Source: a virus. From it: DNA of 64,000 nucleotides. Each line of letters starts with the position of its first letter. Position 1 is the first letter of the stretch. Location: positions 1 through 64,000 of IMG/VR virus record IMGVR_UViG_3300020177_001482. One strand, given 5' to 3'. This document shows positions 27,545 through 37,924 of this stretch, in pieces. Made by a program: the position numbers and the translations under genes. The notes under the pieces were generated by a model. It ran no database searches, was not told the origin of the DNA, and worked only from the letters and a program-made list of their open reading frames with translations.

Positions 27545-28342
27545 ATGTTAAGCATAGAAGAAATAAAATTACTGATAGAAAAACTTGAAAAAGTCAAAAA
27601 AGAGGATCTGCAGGAGTTGATAGATTCAAATCTAAAGATACTTAAGGACATTGAGTTGGCTGTTGATGCCAACAATAAGGACGTTATCAATAGACTAGAC
27701 AAGACACCAGAATGGTTCCAACGTGATCTTGATGAGAAGCAAAAGATACCCATGACAGACCCTACGCTACAGAGATTCGTACAGAGCAAGATATTCCAGT
27801 TCGCGAGGACAAACATCTATAACAGCCTAGAGATAGGACCAGGCAATGGAATGTTCTCCATGGACTTCAGGACGTGGAAATTAAACTTTTTTTTAGATAT
27901 CACACACAGAATCGAGCCGCCTATACGGAAAATGTTTCCTCCTGCACACCAAAAATATCTAAAATTTTACAAGACTCGCAATACTGAATGTTCAAATATA
28001 CCACAGGCGAGTTGTAACTTTGTCTTCAGTTGGGACACATTCGTTTTCTTCACACAACAGCACGTGCAACAGTACCTACATGACATCAAAAGGATATTGA
28101 TCCCAGGAGGTTACGTATTCATACAATACGCTGACTGCCATTATGATCAAGAACTAAATCTAGCCAAGCGGGGATATTGGAACTACAACACCAAGACTGC
28201 CATGACACAGATGATCAAGGACGAAGGATATGAGGTAGTTGAGATGAACCAGTTCCGACCCGGTGCCAGTTATGCCATATTCAAGAAACCTGGTAAACAA
28301 AATCCAGTTGTGTATAAAGTTTCTGAAATAACACTAGACTAA
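27545..28342 (+). CDS. class I SAM-dependent methyltransferase
   Basis: LEIGPGNG and RILIPGGY motifs; TAAATA at 27534. Confidence 0.75.
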   Translation: MLSIEEIKLLIEKLEKVKKEDLQELIDSNLKILKDIELAVDANNKDVINRLDKTPEWFQRDLDEKQKIPMTDPTLQRFVQSKIFQFARTNIYNSLEIGPGNGMFSMDFRTWKLNFFLDITHRIEPPIRKMFPPAHQKYLKFYKTRNTECSNIPQASCNFVFSWDTFVFFTQQHVQQYLHDIKRILIPGGYVFIQYADCHYDQELNLAKRGYWNYNTKTAMTQMIKDEGYEVVEMNQFRPGASYAIFKKPGKQNPVVYKVSEITLD

Positions 28343-28363
28343 GACCTAAATATCCTATACAAT
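28335..28363 (+). promoter_or_regulatory. sigma70 promoter with embedded TAAATA
   Basis: TAGACT-17nt-TACAAT; TAAATA at 28347. Confidence 0.6.
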
Positions 28364-28372
28364 AAGAACATT

Positions 28373-29110
28373 ATGATAGACATCTTAAAAGACATCGTTA
28401 AACATACGCATGGACTGGGATTCTTGGATCTTGTTAAGATCACTGGAGACGATAAGGAAACTACAATCGACTCAATGGCCGAAGACAGATCTGTGATCCT
28501 ACAGGGGTCTTTCCACAAGCCACAGACGGAGATGACGGGTACGTTTGGTATGCCACAGATGGGCAAACTGGACATACACTTGAAGTGTCCGGAGTACAAG
28601 GAGAAGGCGAACATAACTGTGTTGTCCGGTGAGAGAAACGGTGCGACCATTCCCACAGGAATCCATTTCGAGAACGAAAAGGGTGACTTCAAGAATGACT
28701 ACAGATTCATGAACGCTGAGATCATCAACGAGAAACTTAAGACCGTGAAGTTCAAGGGTGTTAAGTGGGACGTGGAGATCGAACCCTCCGTGGCTAGTGT
28801 GCAGAGATTCAACTTCCAGGCAACAGCAAACACCGAACACAACTCCTTTGTTGTGAGGACCGAGGATGGGAACTTGATTTTCACTTTCGGTGATCAGGCA
28901 TCACATGGTGGTGAGTTTGTATTCGCAACTGACGTTAAGGGAACACTTAACAAAGGTTGGAGTTGGCCGGTAGGACAGGTGCTACAAATACTTAAACTAT
29001 CAGACTCGGCAAAGGTCACATTACACTTCTCTAACGAGGGTGCGATGCAGGTCTCTGTTGATTCGGGATTGGGCAAGTATCAATACATCATACCAGCACA
29101 GGCGCAATAA
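28373..29110 (+). CDS. DNA polymerase sliding clamp (gp45/PCNA-like)
   Basis: 245 aa, near the polymerase, clamp-like pattern ending YQYIIPA. Confidence 0.6.
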   Translation: MIDILKDIVKHTHGLGFLDLVKITGDDKETTIDSMAEDRSVILQGSFHKPQTEMTGTFGMPQMGKLDIHLKCPEYKEKANITVLSGERNGATIPTGIHFENEKGDFKNDYRFMNAEIINEKLKTVKFKGVKWDVEIEPSVASVQRFNFQATANTEHNSFVVRTEDGNLIFTFGDQASHGGEFVFATDVKGTLNKGWSWPVGQVLQILKLSDSAKVTLHFSNEGAMQVSVDSGLGKYQYIIPAQAQ

Positions 29111-30558
29111 TGACGACAGATAATAGTAAGCAGGAACACCTAGGGGAGTTAAGCAGAGACTTCGCTGTGTTCTTGCCTGCTATATCTAACTTCTACAACA
29201 CGTTTATCAGCAAACAGAGAGTTTCAGAAGGCAAACACATCTCAGAAGACAGGATTCCAAAAGGCTTTGAGAATGGTGTTGAAGGACTAAACTTTATCAA
29301 TCCAAAAGAAGGAATGTTCACTTACCCCACAGCACTGTACTCGGCGGGACATGCCTGCTTGGACATGGAAAAGGTTGGCGACAGAGATCATATGTTCGTG
29401 AACAGAGATAGAGAATTTTCTACTATAGTAGGCGACTCAGGTGGATACCAGATAGGTAAAGGTGTAATAAAATTTGATTGGAAGGACTTCGAGGGTAACA
29501 AGGCAAACAAAGTTAGATCTGACATACTAAACTGGCTAGAGCTCACAAGCGATTGGGCCATGACACTTGACGTACCAACCTGGGCGGCAGATGATTTAAA
29601 CAGCCCAAAAACAGGATTGAACAGTTTCCAGGACACGCTGGACGGTACCATATACAACAACAAGTTCTTCCAGAAGAACAGGCTAGGACAAACAAAACTA
29701 TTGAACGTGTTACAGGGAGATGACTGGAACACAGCACAGATATGGTATGATGCTGTCAAAGATTTTGAATTCGAAGGATGGGCCATGGGTGGTATCAACA
29801 TGTGTGACATGGAAGTCATGCTCAAACGTCTAATCATAATGAGAGATGAGAAGAAACTGGACGGCAAAGATTGGATGCACGTACTAGGTACGTCACAGAT
29901 GGATTGGGGTTGTTATCTTACACAGGTACAGAGACAGGTTAGGAAACACATAAACCCGAACTTCACAATAAGTTTTGACAGTGCATCAGCATTCTTATCA
30001 ACTGCTAATGGACTTGTATATACACACAACTCATTCACTCCAGACAGGTGGTCGTTCGTGATGGACAAGGCACCGGATGATAAAACACTGAAAGGATCCG
30101 ATATACAGTTTCCGTTTGACAGTGGCATTGGACGTAGATTGAAAATGAAAGATGTATGTTGGTATGGCGAGCAGGACGTTAACAAGAATGGTAAAATTGG
30201 TGCTACAAGTTGGGACAGTTTCAGTTATGTATTAATGATGGCCCATAACGTGTACAATCAGATCAGGGCAATACAGATTGCAAACGACTTGAATGACATA
30301 GAATCAAGGAAATACAGACCAGAAGTAAAACACTGGAGAAAAACAAAAGCAAGTGACAAGACAGACGAACCAAGCATATACGTTCCGAGGAACATACTGT
30401 ACTTCAACACTTTAGTGGAAGAGGTGTTTACTAGTGAGAAACCTATGGAAGTAATTGCAAACGCATCAAGTTATCTAGCAGACATCAGGGGCAACAGATG
30501 GGCCAGAGCAACAGGCGGTGGTAAAGGTACGAACAATTTCAGTTCTTTATTTGAATAG
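29110..30558 (+). CDS. dpdA: DpdA/TGT-like 7-deazaguanine transglycosylase
   Basis: DSGGYQI, TLDVP, VLQG, WAMGG, HVLG and FDSAS match TGT motifs; no CxCxxC Zn site; clustered with folE/queE/yhhQ. Confidence 0.75.
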   Translation: MTTDNSKQEHLGELSRDFAVFLPAISNFYNTFISKQRVSEGKHISEDRIPKGFENGVEGLNFINPKEGMFTYPTALYSAGHACLDMEKVGDRDHMFVNRDREFSTIVGDSGGYQIGKGVIKFDWKDFEGNKANKVRSDILNWLELTSDWAMTLDVPTWAADDLNSPKTGLNSFQDTLDGTIYNNKFFQKNRLGQTKLLNVLQGDDWNTAQIWYDAVKDFEFEGWAMGGINMCDMEVMLKRLIIMRDEKKLDGKDWMHVLGTSQMDWGCYLTQVQRQVRKHINPNFTISFDSASAFLSTANGLVYTHNSFTPDRWSFVMDKAPDDKTLKGSDIQFPFDSGIGRRLKMKDVCWYGEQDVNKNGKIGATSWDSFSYVLMMAHNVYNQIRAIQIANDLNDIESRKYRPEVKHWRKTKASDKTDEPSIYVPRNILYFNTLVEEVFTSEKPMEVIANASSYLADIRGNRWARATGGGKGTNNFSSLFE

Positions 30559-30567
30559 GAGGACAAC

Positions 30568-30771
30568 ATGGTAACAAAAAGAAAAAAAAGCAAAAAACTA
30601 AAGAAACTACAAGACGAGCACCAGTATCTCGATAAAAAAGTGGCACAACTTACCAAAGACAGACTCAAGGACAGGAGTACCGAAAGCAAGGAGGTGCTTA
30701 CCAGATTGAAAAGGACCAAATTGATGATCAAGGATGCCATCGCAAGAGCAAAAGCGACATTGACAAACTAG
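30568..30771 (+). CDS. DUF465/YdcH-like coiled-coil protein
   Basis: EHQYLDKKV...LKRTKLMIKDAI; GGAGG SD. Confidence 0.6.
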   Translation: MVTKRKKSKKLKKLQDEHQYLDKKVAQLTKDRLKDRSTESKEVLTRLKRTKLMIKDAIARAKATLTN

Positions 30772-30788
30772 TCATACAGTAATATAAT
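30760..30788 (+). promoter_or_regulatory. consensus sigma70 promoter, leaderless geometry
   Basis: TTGACA-17nt-TATAAT, then 6 nt to ATG 30795. Confidence 0.8.
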
Positions 30789-30794
30789 AAGAAC

Positions 30795-31331
30795 ATGGAC
30801 AGAGATTACAAAACAGGCAAGAGTGCGAGTGTAGGTGTGTTTTCAGGTCTGGAAGTGGAACACACCCCAGCATTTGGTAAACAGACATTGTTCCTGGCCA
30901 GGAACGATCTTTACTATGACCAGATAGAGGAGATGGCCAAGAAGGTTGGTGCTGAAGCAATTTACTTTGGGGCAAATAGGACATTCATGTACAATCACGC
31001 AACGCAGATCAATCAGATAATCAGGTTGCTTAGGAAAGGCTACTACGTGACCATAGACTATCCACACTCAATACACAAAGAAGTCAAAGCGAGATTTGAA
31101 GGCATATGGACACACGAGAAGTTCATACCTTTCTGTTCAATCATATTCCCCAAATCCGAGGATGACGATAACCTGTGTATCAAGGTAGATGATGTTGATT
31201 TCGACAGCACAAATCCAGGCGTTTGGACGATGACAATGAATCATTTCAAACAGAGTGCAGGATTCACGTCTTGGAAAGAATACAAACAGGACGAACCAAT
31301 AGAGGAGAGTGATGCCAAAGAAGCAGTCTAA
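30795..31331 (+). CDS. hypothetical protein in the modification cluster
   Basis: GLEVEHTPAFGKQTLF; 178 aa. Confidence 0.7.
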   Translation: MDRDYKTGKSASVGVFSGLEVEHTPAFGKQTLFLARNDLYYDQIEEMAKKVGAEAIYFGANRTFMYNHATQINQIIRLLRKGYYVTIDYPHSIHKEVKARFEGIWTHEKFIPFCSIIFPKSEDDDNLCIKVDDVDFDSTNPGVWTMTMNHFKQSAGFTSWKEYKQDEPIEESDAKEAV

Positions 31332-31500
31332 GTACAGAGAAGGTCTAGCCAGTTACAATGCCTGGATCAAAGACAATAAGAAATTAGAAAAGATGGGTAT
31401 GTATGGTGCCGATCATTTTGTTAAAAGAGTAGAAGAACTAGAAGCACAAGTTGAATTATTACAAGACATGTTAGAAAAGGAAAGGAAACGAAACAAATGA
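31309..31500 (+). CDS. hypothetical protein
   Basis: GAGGAG SD; overlaps its neighbours. Confidence 0.55.
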   Translation: MMPKKQSKYREGLASYNAWIKDNKKLEKMGMYGADHFVKRVEELEAQVELLQDMLEKERKRNK

Positions 31501-31922
31501 GCACTGAAGACATGAGAGATCAAGCTCTGAAAGAGCAGGCCAACAAGGGCACCAAGATGATATGGGTCACTTTCAGAAAGGAAGGCATCCACAAGTATCC
31601 AGCGGCACTGGACGATCCCAAACTGGCGACAGGTGACGAGTATGATGTGAGTTTCCTGGGACATCCACACAGGCACATATTCCATTTCAAGGTCGCCATA
31701 GAAGTGTTCCACGATGACAGAGACATAGAATTCATACAGTTCAAGAGATGGATGGAGAACATGTACGCGGACGGTACGATGAAATTAGACTACAAGAGTT
31801 GTGAGATGATATCAGATGATCTATACATAGCCATAACGAAAAGATATCCAGGTAGAAAGATTGAAATAGACGTGGCGGAGGACGGTGAGAATGGCTCACA
31901 CGCAGTATATGAAAGAGATTAA
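31497..31922 (+). CDS. queD: QueD-like (6-carboxytetrahydropterin synthase) T-fold protein
   Basis: H...HPHRHIFH metal motif, SCE and EDGENG motifs; genomic context. Confidence 0.6.
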   Translation: MSTEDMRDQALKEQANKGTKMIWVTFRKEGIHKYPAALDDPKLATGDEYDVSFLGHPHRHIFHFKVAIEVFHDDRDIEFIQFKRWMENMYADGTMKLDYKSCEMISDDLYIAITKRYPGRKIEIDVAEDGENGSHAVYERD

Positions 31923-32229
31923 ATTCAAAGAGAAAAGAGCAACATCAAGGATGGGATACCTACCCATAGAAGGTGGTGGCTTGAACGCTTCATACACGAC
32001 AGTGGACGCAGTGGCGAATATATGCACGACTGCGGGCAATCTGGGAATGAAGTATGGCAAGGATTTCATCTGGTCAGGCACAGACTGGGATGACAATGAC
32101 GACGACTGTATCACTCTGATGGTGAAGGAAGACAAGTACGAATCTTTCCTACATCTTGCCCTGCAGAATGACCACAGGATAAAACACACAGACAAGGGCG
32201 AAATCAAACTGATCAAGGAGAGAAAATAA
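31909..32229 (+). CDS. hypothetical protein
   Basis: ORF coupled to its neighbours. Confidence 0.6.
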   Translation: MKEIKFKEKRATSRMGYLPIEGGGLNASYTTVDAVANICTTAGNLGMKYGKDFIWSGTDWDDNDDDCITLMVKEDKYESFLHLALQNDHRIKHTDKGEIKLIKERK

Positions 32230-32651
32230 TGGACTTAAAAGAAAGTAAAACAGCAGAGAACCTCAAAGACGCTTTCGCAGGTGAAAGCCAAGCAAACAGA
32301 AGATACCTTTACTTCGCTCAGAAGGCGGACATCGAGGGAGCACCAGATGTGGCGGCGGTATTCAGATCGACTGCGGAAGGTGAAACGGGACACGCACACG
32401 GACACCTAGAGTACCTGGAAGAAGTTGGAGATCCAGCGACAGGTGAGAAGATGGGTGAAACAGAGGACAACCTCAAGAGTGCTATCGCAGGTGAGACACA
32501 CGAGTACACAGACATGTACCCAGGCATGGCGAGAACAGCCAGGGACGAAGGATTCGATGAGATCGCTGACTGGTTCGAGACACTTGCAAAAGCAGAGAAA
32601 TCACACGCAGGCAAGTTCCAGAGAACACTGGACGCATACAAGGGAGCATAA
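32229..32651 (+). CDS. rubrerythrin (ferritin-like diiron protein, no rubredoxin domain)
   Basis: [19 protein letters not shown] and AKAEKSHA motifs. Confidence 0.9.
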   Translation: MDLKESKTAENLKDAFAGESQANRRYLYFAQKADIEGAPDVAAVFRSTAEGETGHAHGHLEYLEEVGDPATGEKMGETEDNLKSAIAGETHEYTDMYPGMARTARDEGFDEIADWFETLAKAEKSHAGKFQRTLDAYKGA

Positions 32652-33187
32652 TGAGAGTACCATACACTAACTTCAAGACAAGGATAGGTGACAACGACGC
32701 AGTGGGTGGTTGCACTTTCATAGGCGGTGAATGGAAAGAAGTTGATACTGCGGAAATATTTGACGATAAAAAAGTTGTTGTGTTCGCCCTTCCGGGGGCG
32801 TTCACACCCACTTGCAGTTCCCAACAACTACCAGGATACGAAGAGAAGTATGATGAGCTGAAAGCACTTGGTGTTGACGAAGTTTATTGCTTGTCTGTAA
32901 ATGACGCATTCGTAATGAATGCTTGGTTCAGAGACGAGAAGATAGAGAAGGTGAAACCGATCGGTGACGGAGAAGGTGTGTTCACACAGGGCATGGGCAT
33001 GTTGATCAACAAACCAAAACAGGGTTTTGGAATGAGATCATGGAGATATTCAATGCTGGTAGACAACGGAGAGGTTGTGAAAACATTCGTCGAAGAAGGT
33101 AAGAACAACGCTAGTGAAGACAATGATCCTTTCGAAGTATCTGACGTTGACACAATGATCAAACACTTGAAGGAAAATGCCGGGTAG
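32651..33187 (+). CDS. peroxiredoxin (Prx5 type)
   Basis: [18 protein letters not shown] and RSWRYSM motifs. Confidence 0.92.
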   Translation: MRVPYTNFKTRIGDNDAVGGCTFIGGEWKEVDTAEIFDDKKVVVFALPGAFTPTCSSQQLPGYEEKYDELKALGVDEVYCLSVNDAFVMNAWFRDEKIEKVKPIGDGEGVFTQGMGMLINKPKQGFGMRSWRYSMLVDNGEVVKTFVEEGKNNASEDNDPFEVSDVDTMIKHLKENAG

Positions 33188-33371
33188 TTGGGACGGCAAG
33201 TCAAGACCGTCAAACTCCAAATACAGGGAGAACTATAACGATATCTTTAAGAAGAAGGAAACTTGTCCTTGCGGCAGGTCACCAATTGGTAGATGTGTTG
33301 GATGGCATGGATTGACAGAAAGCGAATATCAAGTTAAACTAGCAGAATGGAAAGAAAAACATGCTGATTAG
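33177..33371 (+). CDS. small CDGSH-like Fe-S protein
   Basis: CPCGRSPIGRCVGWH. Confidence 0.5.
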   Translation: MPGSWDGKSRPSNSKYRENYNDIFKKKETCPCGRSPIGRCVGWHGLTESEYQVKLAEWKEKHAD

Positions 33372-33669
33372 AATGATATTTGAACCGGAAGCCAATGTGA
33401 ACTGTAATCACGACAGGATGTTCGAATACTACAGTGAGAACTATCTGAGTGACTTTGACACCAACTGGGGTGGCACAATAGTCATGGACAACTTCTCGAA
33501 GAAACACTATAGGCAAGAACCTTGTTACCAGAGGTACATAGAAAATTCCAAAGGCGATCAAGAAACTCTAAATAAGATCATGGAATACGTCACACAGAAT
33601 CCAATGGCAGGATACACAACACACATATACGCAAACCCACAAGGGGGAAATGAGGTCAAACAATTATGA
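33361..33669 (+). CDS. hypothetical protein
   Basis: 102 aa ORF in the operon. Confidence 0.55.
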   Translation: MLIRMIFEPEANVNCNHDRMFEYYSENYLSDFDTNWGGTIVMDNFSKKHYRQEPCYQRYIENSKGDQETLNKIMEYVTQNPMAGYTTHIYANPQGGNEVKQL

Positions 33670-34835
33670 AGATATTTTACATGGGCCTAGAGCCCTACGA
33701 AGGCAGATACACACTACAGTTACAGGACTGGACAGAGAGGGCATACAACAAAAGAGGAATTGATTACGTTGTGGTACCAGGCACAACCATAGATGACACA
33801 AAAGCGATCAGTGTGGGACAGGTGCTTGATGCACACGGCAGAAGTTACTTTGGCATGAGCCAGATGATGAATCTGGTACAGATGATGAGGAACGGTGAGG
33901 TGACGAACAAGGATGTGATATTCTTCGAGGACATGTTCCAACCAGGCATGGAATCACTGCCTTACATCTTACACCAAGTAGATGAGAAACACAGACCAAC
34001 GATATATCTGAGATGCTTGGCACAGGCCATAGATCCCGACGACTTCGTACACGTGTGGGGCATGAGCAAGTGGATGAGCATGTACGAACAGATGTGTAAT
34101 GAAATTCCCAACGTAAAAATACTAGCGACCAATGAAGAGATGGTGGCACACATGAGAATAGCAAACTGGTCGGCACCCATATACAACATATCAGGATTGA
34201 GCTTTGGCAAGGAAGAGGTACAAGGCAGAGTACCAGACAGGAAACCTTTCATTGAAAGGAAACAGAGAGTGATTTTTGGAGCGAGATGGGATCAAGAGAA
34301 ACAGCCACAGTTCTACATGACGCTGGCATTGAAATACAAAGAGAAACACCCAGACGTTGAATTCGCGATATGTCAAGGTGGTCCATTGAGATCGAACAAT
34401 CAATTCTTTGTGGACGAGGCCAAGTATCTTGCGAAACAAGGCACAATCACAATACACGAGAACTTGAAGAAGAACGAGTACTACGAACTACTCGCAGACT
34501 CAAGGGTGATGTTCAACTGTGCTTTACAGGACTGGGTGTCAAACACAGTCAGTGAAGCAGACGCAATGGGTTGCAACACACTGTTTCCGGCATACAGGTC
34601 ATTCCCGGAGACTTTCGCAAATGACCACACCAGAATGTATGTTCCATGGTCGATGGAAGACGCAATGAACAAACTAGATGTATTATTAAGCAAACCATCC
34701 CCTAGTATAGGTAAATTATCTGATTGGACCAACGGTACCATAGACAGGATGATAGACATTATGACAGGCAAGGGTGAACAATGGAGAAGAGATGGACAAC
34801 ACTACAGAAACGCAGTATCAGAATCCAAATATTAA
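33666..34835 (+). CDS. GT-B fold glycosyltransferase
   Basis: ARWDQEKQP and CALQDWVSNTVSEA...YRSFPE resemble a GT4-type C-domain. Confidence 0.7.
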   Translation: MKIFYMGLEPYEGRYTLQLQDWTERAYNKRGIDYVVVPGTTIDDTKAISVGQVLDAHGRSYFGMSQMMNLVQMMRNGEVTNKDVIFFEDMFQPGMESLPYILHQVDEKHRPTIYLRCLAQAIDPDDFVHVWGMSKWMSMYEQMCNEIPNVKILATNEEMVAHMRIANWSAPIYNISGLSFGKEEVQGRVPDRKPFIERKQRVIFGARWDQEKQPQFYMTLALKYKEKHPDVEFAICQGGPLRSNNQFFVDEAKYLAKQGTITIHENLKKNEYYELLADSRVMFNCALQDWVSNTVSEADAMGCNTLFPAYRSFPETFANDHTRMYVPWSMEDAMNKLDVLLSKPSPSIGKLSDWTNGTIDRMIDIMTGKGEQWRRDGQHYRNAVSESKY

Positions 34836-35823
34836 AGGTTCCAGCAAGGCCGTACTGGTCACAGGCGGAGCAGGCTATGTGGGTTCACACACCTGCAAAC
34901 TGTTGGTCAAGAACGGATACACACCAATCACAGTGGACAGACACTACAGAGAAGGGTTGAAATCATTTGGACCAAACTACAATTTAAATCTCCCACAGGA
35001 GATAGACAGGATTGACGAGATAATCAACAGGTACAACATAACCAGTTGTATACATTTCGCAGGTAGCACCAGTGTGCCTGAGAGCGTTGCCAATCCATCT
35101 TTGTATTACAAAAATAATTTAATCACGACTATATCGTTGTTAGACAAACTTATCGAGTGTGATGTTAAGACATTCGTTTACAGTTCCAGTGCGGCCACAT
35201 ACGGTGATCCCGGAATGCAGTTGGCCATGGAGACAGACGTCGCCAATCCGATCAGTGCATACGGTGGTAGCAAACTGATGATAGAGATGGTGTGTCGAGA
35301 TTACTTGAGGGCATACGGTTTGAGCAGTGTAGGTCTGAGATACTTCAATGCCGCTGGTGCAGATCCAGAAGGTGAGATTGGAGAACTAAGGGAAAAAGAA
35401 ACACACATCATACCACTGGCCATAGAGGCCGCCAAGCAAGGCAAGACGTTCAAGATATTTGGTGACAAGTATCCAACAGATGACGGAACATGTGTGAGGG
35501 ATTATGTGCATGTGATGGACCTAGCGGACGCACACATAAAAGCATTGAATCACGCTTCAGAGAACCCAGTAGCAGATGTGTTCAACTTGGGTTCGGGAGA
35601 ACCTGCTTCCAACAAGCAGTTGGTAGAGGCAGTGCAGAAACACGCAGGTGAAATGATAGTGGAGATGCATGACAACAGGCCTGGAGATCCCGCATACCTA
35701 GTGGCGGACACCAGCAAGGTAAAGGAAATTTTAAAGTGGGAACCTACACAGAGCAGTCTTGACAATGTGGTGGCAACTGCTGTACAATGGTATAACAAGA
35801 CACACAAGAAGGAAATACAATAA
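34792..35823 (+). CDS. galE: UDP-glucose 4-epimerase
   Basis: TGGAGYVGSH, SSSAATYG, YGGSK, LRYFNAAGA and DGTCVRDY motifs. Confidence 0.92.
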   Translation: MDNTTETQYQNPNIKGSSKAVLVTGGAGYVGSHTCKLLVKNGYTPITVDRHYREGLKSFGPNYNLNLPQEIDRIDEIINRYNITSCIHFAGSTSVPESVANPSLYYKNNLITTISLLDKLIECDVKTFVYSSSAATYGDPGMQLAMETDVANPISAYGGSKLMIEMVCRDYLRAYGLSSVGLRYFNAAGADPEGEIGELREKETHIIPLAIEAAKQGKTFKIFGDKYPTDDGTCVRDYVHVMDLADAHIKALNHASENPVADVFNLGSGEPASNKQLVEAVQKHAGEMIVEMHDNRPGDPAYLVADTSKVKEILKWEPTQSSLDNVVATAVQWYNKTHKKEIQ

Positions 35824-36536
35824 TGAGTGAAGATATTTTAAAGGACAGTTGGATGCCTGAGACACCCGTAAGCAAAAAGATCAAGGAAAGAATCAAGAAG
35901 GCAGGCAAGAGATTCCACTCCAATGACAATATCGCTGAATTCATAGAAGACGGCGAGATGGAGTTATTACAGGAAGAAGTGCAAGAAAAATTACAAGGTG
36001 TGCTGGACAGTCTTGTTATTGACACAGAGAACGATCACAACACGAACGAGACTGCCAAACGTGTGGCCAAGATGTACATCAGAGAAACATTCGGTGGTAG
36101 ATTCAAACCAGCACCGAGAGTGACGAGTTTCCCCAACATGGGTTACAAGAGCATGTACACTAGTGGTCCAATATCGATCAGATCAACGTGTGCCCATCAC
36201 TTCCAGAACATAGTTGGCAAGGCGTGGGTTGGCATCATCCCAAATGGTGAAGTTATTGGATTGAGCAAGTTCAATAGGATCGTACATCACATCGTGGAGA
36301 GACCGCAGATACAGGAAGAGATGACGACACAGATCGCAGATGAATTGAAAAAATATGCCAAGACCGAGAATCTTGCAGTGGTAGTCAAAGCAGAACATCA
36401 CTGCATGACGCACAGGGGTGTCAGGGAACACGAATCAGACATGACCACAGCGATCATGCTGGGAGCATTCAAAGATGATCCTGCAACAAGAGATGAGTTT
36501 TACAAAATCTGTATGAGCATGAAGGGCCATGGCTAA
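35823..36536 (+). CDS. folE: GTP cyclohydrolase I
   Basis: ETAKRVAKMY, STCAHH, IGLSKF, QIQE and HHCMTHRGV motifs. Confidence 0.95.
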   Translation: MSEDILKDSWMPETPVSKKIKERIKKAGKRFHSNDNIAEFIEDGEMELLQEEVQEKLQGVLDSLVIDTENDHNTNETAKRVAKMYIRETFGGRFKPAPRVTSFPNMGYKSMYTSGPISIRSTCAHHFQNIVGKAWVGIIPNGEVIGLSKFNRIVHHIVERPQIQEEMTTQIADELKKYAKTENLAVVVKAEHHCMTHRGVREHESDMTTAIMLGAFKDDPATRDEFYKICMSMKGHG

Positions 36537-36885
36537 GAAAAGCAAAGCACAAATCAAAAAAGAACAGGCCAACATGCAGTCAGACAACATAGAGATGGGT
36601 GCAATGAGTTCAGACGGAATACAGAACACTGGAGATTTCACATACTCCTTCGCAGACCTAGACGACGATCTAGGTATGACTACGAACACAGGTGGGGTTG
36701 TTAAGACAGCGACAGTCGATACTGTAGACTCAGGATTTTCATTCAATTACAACGACGTAGGACTTGACGTGTTTGACGAGATGGAACTGCAAGACAAGTA
36801 CCCAGCTCTGAAACAGGCCCACGAACACTATAAAAGTGTTCTCGAAATTTGCAAGACAAAAGAAAAGGAAGAAAATGAGGATTGA
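36529..36885 (+). CDS. hypothetical protein
   Basis: C-terminal KYPALKQAHEHYK. Confidence 0.6.
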   Translation: MAKKSKAQIKKEQANMQSDNIEMGAMSSDGIQNTGDFTYSFADLDDDLGMTTNTGGVVKTATVDTVDSGFSFNYNDVGLDVFDEMELQDKYPALKQAHEHYKSVLEICKTKEKEENED

Positions 36886-37924
36886 TAACGAACCAAAATT
36901 GAACTTCGAGGATGTATTACTGAAACCAAAGCGTTCTACATTGAGTTCACGTAGAGATGTGGACATGACACGTAAGTTCACTTTCAGGAATTCAGGCAAG
37001 GTTATGGACTTCCTGCCAATATTCGCCAGCAACATGGACGGTGTCGGCACGTTCTCTATGGCAAAGCAAATGCAGAATCACAAGATGATGACCGTGATCA
37101 CTAAATCAACCACTCCAGAACAATGGAAAGAGGCCGCTGGCACAGGACTGAGAATGCAGTCAGTTTCGGTCTGTACAGGAACTAATGTCATGTGGGATCC
37201 TGAAGCACAGGACTACAAGAACATGCAACAGGTATTAGAGATGTTTCCGGATGTCAAAATGATCACCATTGATGTTGCGAATGCTTATCACCAAAACTTC
37301 GTAGATTTTATAAGGAGAGTCCGAGACGAATATCCAGACAAAGTAATAATAGCAGGAAATGTTGTGACGCCCGAGATGGTGGAGGAGTTGATAATAAACG
37401 GTGCTGATGTAGTCAAGATAGGCATAGGACCGGGTTCGGTATGTACTACAAGGACCATGACCGGAGTTGGTGTGCCACAGTTCTCAGCCATAGTTGAATG
37501 TTCAGACGCCGCAAACGGTGTTGGTGGACACATAATGGCGGATGGTGGTTGCGTTTATCCAGGCGATATTGCAAAAGCATTTGGTGGCGGAGCACACATG
37601 GTCATGATAGGTGGCATGCTGGCAGGACATGACGAATCAGAACAACCTGTGGTTGACGGCAGAGTAGAATTCTACGGAATGAGCTCAGACAGAGCGAGAG
37701 AAGTACACGGAAAACGCAAAGACGGATACAGAGGTAACGAGGGTAGACTCATATCCTTGCCACACAGAGGACCTGTTGGACCAACATTAGAAGACATACT
37801 GGGTGGAGTCAGGAGTGCCTGCACATACATAGGTGCAAGGAGATTGAAAGACATGGCCAAGTGTGCCAGTTTTGTAACAACCAACAACGTGATCAACAGG
37901 GTTTATGAACAATACACCAAATAA
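36875..37924 (+). CDS. guaC: GMP reductase
   Basis: DVLLKPKRSTLSSR, IDVANAY, GIGPGSVCTTR, ADGG and FYGMSS motifs. Confidence 0.93.
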   Translation: MRIDNEPKLNFEDVLLKPKRSTLSSRRDVDMTRKFTFRNSGKVMDFLPIFASNMDGVGTFSMAKQMQNHKMMTVITKSTTPEQWKEAAGTGLRMQSVSVCTGTNVMWDPEAQDYKNMQQVLEMFPDVKMITIDVANAYHQNFVDFIRRVRDEYPDKVIIAGNVVTPEMVEELIINGADVVKIGIGPGSVCTTRTMTGVGVPQFSAIVECSDAANGVGGHIMADGGCVYPGDIAKAFGGGAHMVMIGGMLAGHDESEQPVVDGRVEFYGMSSDRAREVHGKRKDGYRGNEGRLISLPHRGPVGPTLEDILGGVRSACTYIGARRLKDMAKCASFVTTNNVINRVYEQYTK

